Shown here: in pieces, positions 58,782 to 64,000 of the stretch
Numbering within the stretch: the first letter of the stretch is position 1
Layout: each line of letters starts with the position of its first letter
DNA from: Chiloscyllium plagiosum
Lineage: Eukaryota
DNA length: 64,000 nt
Assembly: GCF_004010195.1 (NCBI RefSeq)
Contig: NC_057719.1
Coordinates: forward strand, 22,126,896-22,190,895
Direction: 5' to 3'
Notes under the pieces: generated by a model
Databases searched by the model: none
What the model saw: only the letters and a program-made list of their open reading frames with translations
What the model was told of the DNA's origin: nothing
Position numbers and translations under genes: made by a program

Positions 58782-61700
58782 CAAGAATGTAACTATACCA
58801 AACAACCTGATCTATCTCATAAAAACAAGATTCTGCACAAAACTTCAACTGCCTCTAAACTGAGTGGCTCCAGCAGTGAAGTCAAACTGAGCTTGAGTAG
58901 TCGTCCTTTAATATGTTTCAGCATGTAATGCAAAATGTATTTGTTCTTGGCTCTGAAATGGATCCTTGATGCAGCAACAAGTTAAAGTCTTAAAGTGACA
59001 CTGAAGTGTAATGGAAGGAAGATTTCTTTTTGGATGCTGTGTTGGCAAAGTGACAATTCTGCAAAGCCAGTTACCTTCAGCTGGCAATCCCAGGCAAAGG
59101 AGTTCCAAGAATAATTTGTCAGAAACATTAAATTATCATACTCAAACTGTAGAGAGCGCTGTTTATAAGGACCAATTAAAACAAATTATGTGCAACTGAT
59201 CGTTAAAGCTTCATTTCACTCCAACTTACTGCCGTTCCTGGCCATATGATGTTTAGTGGAAAATTGTGAATGATAAAGGTGAAAGATTATTTCATTCCAG
59301 TGGGATAAAATCCTTTATAGTAAAAACTCAGATTAATTTTTAACAATTAGTTTATGACCACAATTCAATATAGTTCTTTGGCTAGGAAGCTTCGAAAGAA
59401 CATTCTGAGGTTGTGAAGATGCTACAAAACTGCAAATCTCTTCCTTCTTTTAAATACGTTAAGCATGGCAGCATGTTGATTCTTAAACAATATGAACAAT
59501 GGTATGTTTAGGATCTGGAACACATTCCCAAGACTTCAGAGGAGGCAAACTCAATCATGTTTGTCAAACGGAAATTAGATTGTAATCCAAAGAGTATAGG
59601 TTTGCAGGGCTATGGGTTCAAGCCAGGGAAGATGGACTAGCTCCGTAGCTCTTACAGAGAGTTTGCAAAGACAGAATGGGCCCAATGTCAGTGCTGTTAC
59701 ATTCTCTGATTCCAGCATTGCGTTGTCTCATGATTATAGCTTTAACCAACTTTTTTTCACTAATTTAATGAGTGTAATTCACAGGAATTAAAAGAAAAGA
59801 GTAAAAATGTCCCTTTTACTCCACAGAGAATTTGCAGGAGAATATTACACTGGTTGGCAATGTATCATTAATAAAAAAAACTAATTTCATTTCAAATATA
59901 AGCTGGGCTTCAGTGGAAAAATTAATTTCATGTTAAAGACATGTGTCTTTAGTTATTCTAGTAGTCGTTCTCTAATGAGCTTCCTTAAATCTAAAGCAAA
60001 GTATTTGAAGTATTTTATGTTATGGTCCTGTGGTTTATCTTTCTCCTTCAGCACAAAACCATTAGACATCACTAAAAGGTATACAGTCCTTGCTCTAAAT
60101 AAACCCACTGTTCAAAGAGATCCTAATCCTTTCCCTGCTGTAAGTGTTTAAATATCTATTCATGGCTCTCATTGTTATGCTGCCAGAGCAAACATACACT
60201 ATAAATGCTTGAAGCCTAAAACGATTAGTCTTTATGTCCCACCTTTTTCAGACTTCGGATTTACAATTTATTTTGGCAAGTTTAATGAATTGCTGCAAAA
60301 GTGATATATATTTATTGAAATATAATGTAACATTATTAAAATTCTACCAGATACAGTTAATGCAATGAACAGATTTGAGTAGTATTTATAACTAGACATC
60401 AAAGAGCTTTGAAGGCAGGAAGAGAGTCAGCTGGCCCATGTAGGATTATGTAAGTAAAGATCTTTTATTCCAGCAGTCACTTGGATTGAACTAGCTTGTG
60501 ATTTTAAATTAATGTTAGCCAGTAAAAGCAGTAAAAAAAACTATTTTACAACAATCAATCAAATCTGTGACTAAATCCAATTTATATCTTAAAGAAAGAA
60601 CTTGCATTTATCTAACATCCTTTACATCACAGAAAGTGCCAAAACACAAAGTACAAGTTCTTTGAGTAGATACTATTGTTATCCAGCTAAATATGATATT
60701 CATTTTGTCCACAGTAAGGCTCCATGAACAGCAGATTGTGTGAGTAATCAATCAGTTAGTGATGGGCAATAAATGCTGGCTTAAGTACTGACAGCCATGA
60801 ATGAATGAATTTTAAAATGCTTGATTTTGGTTAAGACTATTGTAGTTTAGACTTATATTGGATGAAGTCTCTGCTGTTCATTGAATAGATTGGGGGCTGT
60901 ATTTATTTTCACCAACATGGGTTGAATCCTGACTTCACCTTAGCAACGTTTCTGATTGCTGATGTGTCCAGCAATGCAATACTCCTTTATTACCACACAA
61001 GAGTGTCAGGATAGATTACGTACTGTGATCCTGGAGTCTGGCTTCAATCAATGGACTCAGATCTTCCAATCTGTATCAGAAATCTGAACCAAACAGAGAA
61101 TGACATACTTGCCTTTAAAGAAGTCCTCTTTCCAGAATTCTGGGCCAGTAGTCTAATTCAGGTAAGGAGTCCAACAGTGAGTTGGATTTATGATGAAACC
61201 ATGCTAAAACTAGCTTCCTTATTTTAAGACTTCAAGATTCTGAGAAACTTTGATATATGCTGAAAGATGGTAAACATCTAAGGTAAGTAGGAAAGGAAGT
61301 TGGTTAACAGGTGAGCGAAGGGACAGGATGCCAGGTGGGTGAAGGAATAGGATGCCAAGTGGGTGAAAGGATCGGGTGGCTGGTGGGTGAAGGGATAGGG
61401 TGGCTGTTGGATACATAAGGGAGACAGGTTAAAGTGGGGGCTGTGGTCAGTTTGAAAATAGGAAAGGTTGTCTTGTGAGATTGGGACCATACTTAGCTGG
61501 CTATGGGAGGCATTTCTTTTTTGAGGGGGTTGTCAGTCCAAGTGGTAGGGTGGAGACAGGGGGAATTCCATAGTTAGCCAGGATTTAGGGCATCTTTTAA
61601 TCTCACTAACTTCTTACTTAAAAACAATTGAATTAATTGGCAAATGGAGGAGAGAAACTAAATGTTATTAGACACACTTCCAGCAATATATCCGATTTCA

Positions 61701-62384
61701 ACAATAGCTGGATATGCTTTAGATGCAAAAATGCTACACGCAAGGCTGGGAACATAGGTTAGGAATACAACTTGAAAACTGGAGGTTACAATGCTCAAGA
61801 CCACACTGCAGTTGCTATGCCAGGCTTTGTCTAATGCAATTTTAAATGAAGCATATAGAATATGCATCATTTTGCAAGTGTTCATACAACAATATCAGCA
61901 TTCAATTATGTTATCCTTAGCATAACAAAATGTCTGAAGTTATCAAAGGAATGTTAAAATTGAGTTAAAGAAACTATTAGGAGAGGAGAGATGGAGAGAT
62001 CTTGAGAATACATTCTAAAGTAAAAATAATTGGATACCTCAAAACATGTTGTCTCAAAAAAGTGGAGAAAGAAGAGGCGAGAGCCATGGATTGATAGTTT
62101 TTGGGATTTAAGAAAGATGTCATATGGCTGTAAGATCAGGAAAGACCATGAAGCAATTGAGTTTGGAGGATAATAATTATAAGTTTGAAGCATTGGGGAG
62201 CCTAGAACCAATATGGGTCAATATATAGAGGGCAAGTTGGAAGTAGCATTCGGCATAAAACAGGAAGTAAACATTGGAATTTTTGTTGAGTTTAGGTTTT
62301 GTTGGGTAGAAGTTGGAACACCTGCAAGATGATTTTTTAGTAGTTGCATCTGGTGTTGTACATGACGTTTGAAGCATTAAATAG

Positions 62385-62855
62385 AGTCATAGCGATATAC
62401 AGCATGGAAAGAGATCCTTTCATCCAACTCATGTTGACCAGAATCCTAATTCAGTCTCGTCCCATTTGCCAGCATTTAGCTTATATCCCTCTAAATCTTT
62501 CTATTCATGATGCCTTTTAAATGTTGTAGTTGTACCAACCTCCACCACTTCCTCTGGCAGTTCATTCCATACTTGCACCATCCTCATTCCATACTTGCAC
62601 CACCGAAAAAGTTGCCCAAAGGTCCCTTTTAAATCTTTCCCCTCTCACCTTAAATCCATGCCCTCTAATTTTGGGCCCTCCCACCCTGGGGAAAAAGACC
62701 TTTTCTTTTTACCCTATCCATGCCCTTCATGATTTTATAAAGCTTTGTAAGGTCACCCCTTAGCTGAAGACATTCCAGGGAAAATAGCCCCAGCCTATTC
62801 AGCCTCTCCCTATCGCTCAAACCCTCCAACCCTCGCAACATCCTTGCAAATCTTG
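62385..62855 (-). mobile_element. CR1 3' fragment
   Basis: Reverse complement of a CR1 ORF2 C-terminus and 3' UTR; similar to 25073-25490. Confidence 0.8.
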
Positions 62856-63699
62856 GCTAAGGCAGGAAGAAAGATGATATAACAAAGCCGGGAGGGAGTA
62901 AGCATCATCGGTGAAGAAACCAGAAGCTCAGCTTGGGATCAATTTAAATACCAAGGTTATAAAAGGTTTGCTTTAACCTGAGACAGAATGGGAAGTAGCC
63001 ATTCAGGGTTTATAATGAGGGACAAAGACATGAGTCTTTCACATGCTTAAATGGAAGAAATTGTGATTCATCCAGAGTAAGATGTCAAGCAAGTAATTAG
63101 CACAGAAGGAAGGGATGAAATTGCTCCACCAAAGAGCTTTGGTGTAAGGCGATTTGGATATTGATAGTCAACTGATTCTTTGCTGGAGAGACAATTATTC
63201 ACTTAGAGCAATATAATGAATAAATGCAACATATTCAGACTTATCAAGAATCTTAACATGACTCTCTGAGGCAGATTTTCAACTTGTGGACAGTATTTAA
63301 AAATTGGTGGCAGGGATTGATGCAAATGAAATTTGTTTTTTTTTCGGATATAATGTGTGATCTGGCTCCATAACCATTTTTTATATCCTACAGCAACAAG
63401 TTGAGAATTTCTCACTGAATTACAGTGAAGCAAAAAGATACATTTTCTTCATTGAATGAGAGGAAAAGATAATGCTAAGCCAGAAGGATGGGGAATAGTC
63501 TGGTAAGTGGGGAATGGCTTTCCTTCCAACGCTGCAATTTCAAGTCCAGTAACACATAACCACATAAGAATGAGACAGCTGAAGATACTTTTGTACTGTC
63601 AGCATTTTCCCTAAAGGTGGTCTTGTTAACCAAACCTGCTGAGTACAAACTCATGGAATTGGACTAAACACTGATCATACACTATTCCGACCATTATTA

Positions 63700-64000
63700 C
63701 TCTATACTAGCTTGTTGTGGTTCTGTTCGCCGAGCTGGAAGTTTTTGTTGCAAACGTTTCGTCCCCTGGCTAGGCGACATCATCAGTGCTTGGGAGCCGC
63801 CTGCGAAGCGCTTCTTTGATGTTTCCTCCAGTGTTTATAGTGGTCTGTCCCTGCCGCATCCGATTGTCAGTTTCAGCTGTCCGCTGTAGCGGTTGGTATA
63901 TTGGGTCCAGGTCGATGTGTTTGTTGATGGAGTTTGTGGATGAATGCCATGCCTCTAGGAATTCCCTGGCTGTTCTCTGTCTGGCTTGCCCTATGATAGT
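63700..64000 (-). mobile_element. PLE 3' end with hammerhead core (related to the 10968-12962 family); runs off the window
   Basis: Minus strand IIGQARQRTAREFLEAWHSSTNSINKHIDLDPIY and CACTGATGATGTCGCCTAGCCAGGGGACGAAACGTTTG. Confidence 0.85.

Noticed and set aside
58011..58928. 305-aa ORF
   Set aside because: Inflated by the 164-N gap; only 58011-58460 is real PLE coding sequence
61305..61405. Short degenerate tandem repeats (also 54465-54512 and 62562-62602)
   Set aside because: Ordinary minisatellite or slippage duplications; no CRISPR-like repeat-spacer structure, and the context is eukaryotic

Overview
AT-rich, repeat-dense vertebrate DNA. The repeat content (HE1/V-SINE-type tRNA SINEs, CR1 LINEs, Penelope-like elements with hammerhead-ribozyme cores) points to a cartilaginous fish, probably a shark; this is inferred, not proven. 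No host protein-coding gene can be identified with confidence. The main feature is a GC/CpG-rich endogenous retrovirus-like provirus at 16836-24487 (+). It has two LTRs, a perfect 18-nt tRNA-Pro primer-binding site, a PPT, gag (MA + PSAP late domain + CA), RNase H and a D,D(35)E integrase. Nucleocapsid, protease and reverse transcriptase are missing. Its envelope is not of the SU/TM retroviral type but has a paramyxo/pneumovirus F-like architecture, as described for lokiretroviruses, plus an extra N-terminal 8-Cys domain on a Pro/Thr hinge. The provirus has mosaic LTRs, a 193-bp tandem duplication in env, and an inverted env fragment from a sister copy fused to its 3' LTR. The rest of the window is decayed Penelope-like, CR1, SINE and MITE sequence, including small palindromic hammerhead-bearing insertions with target-site duplications. 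Boundaries of old repeats are approximate.
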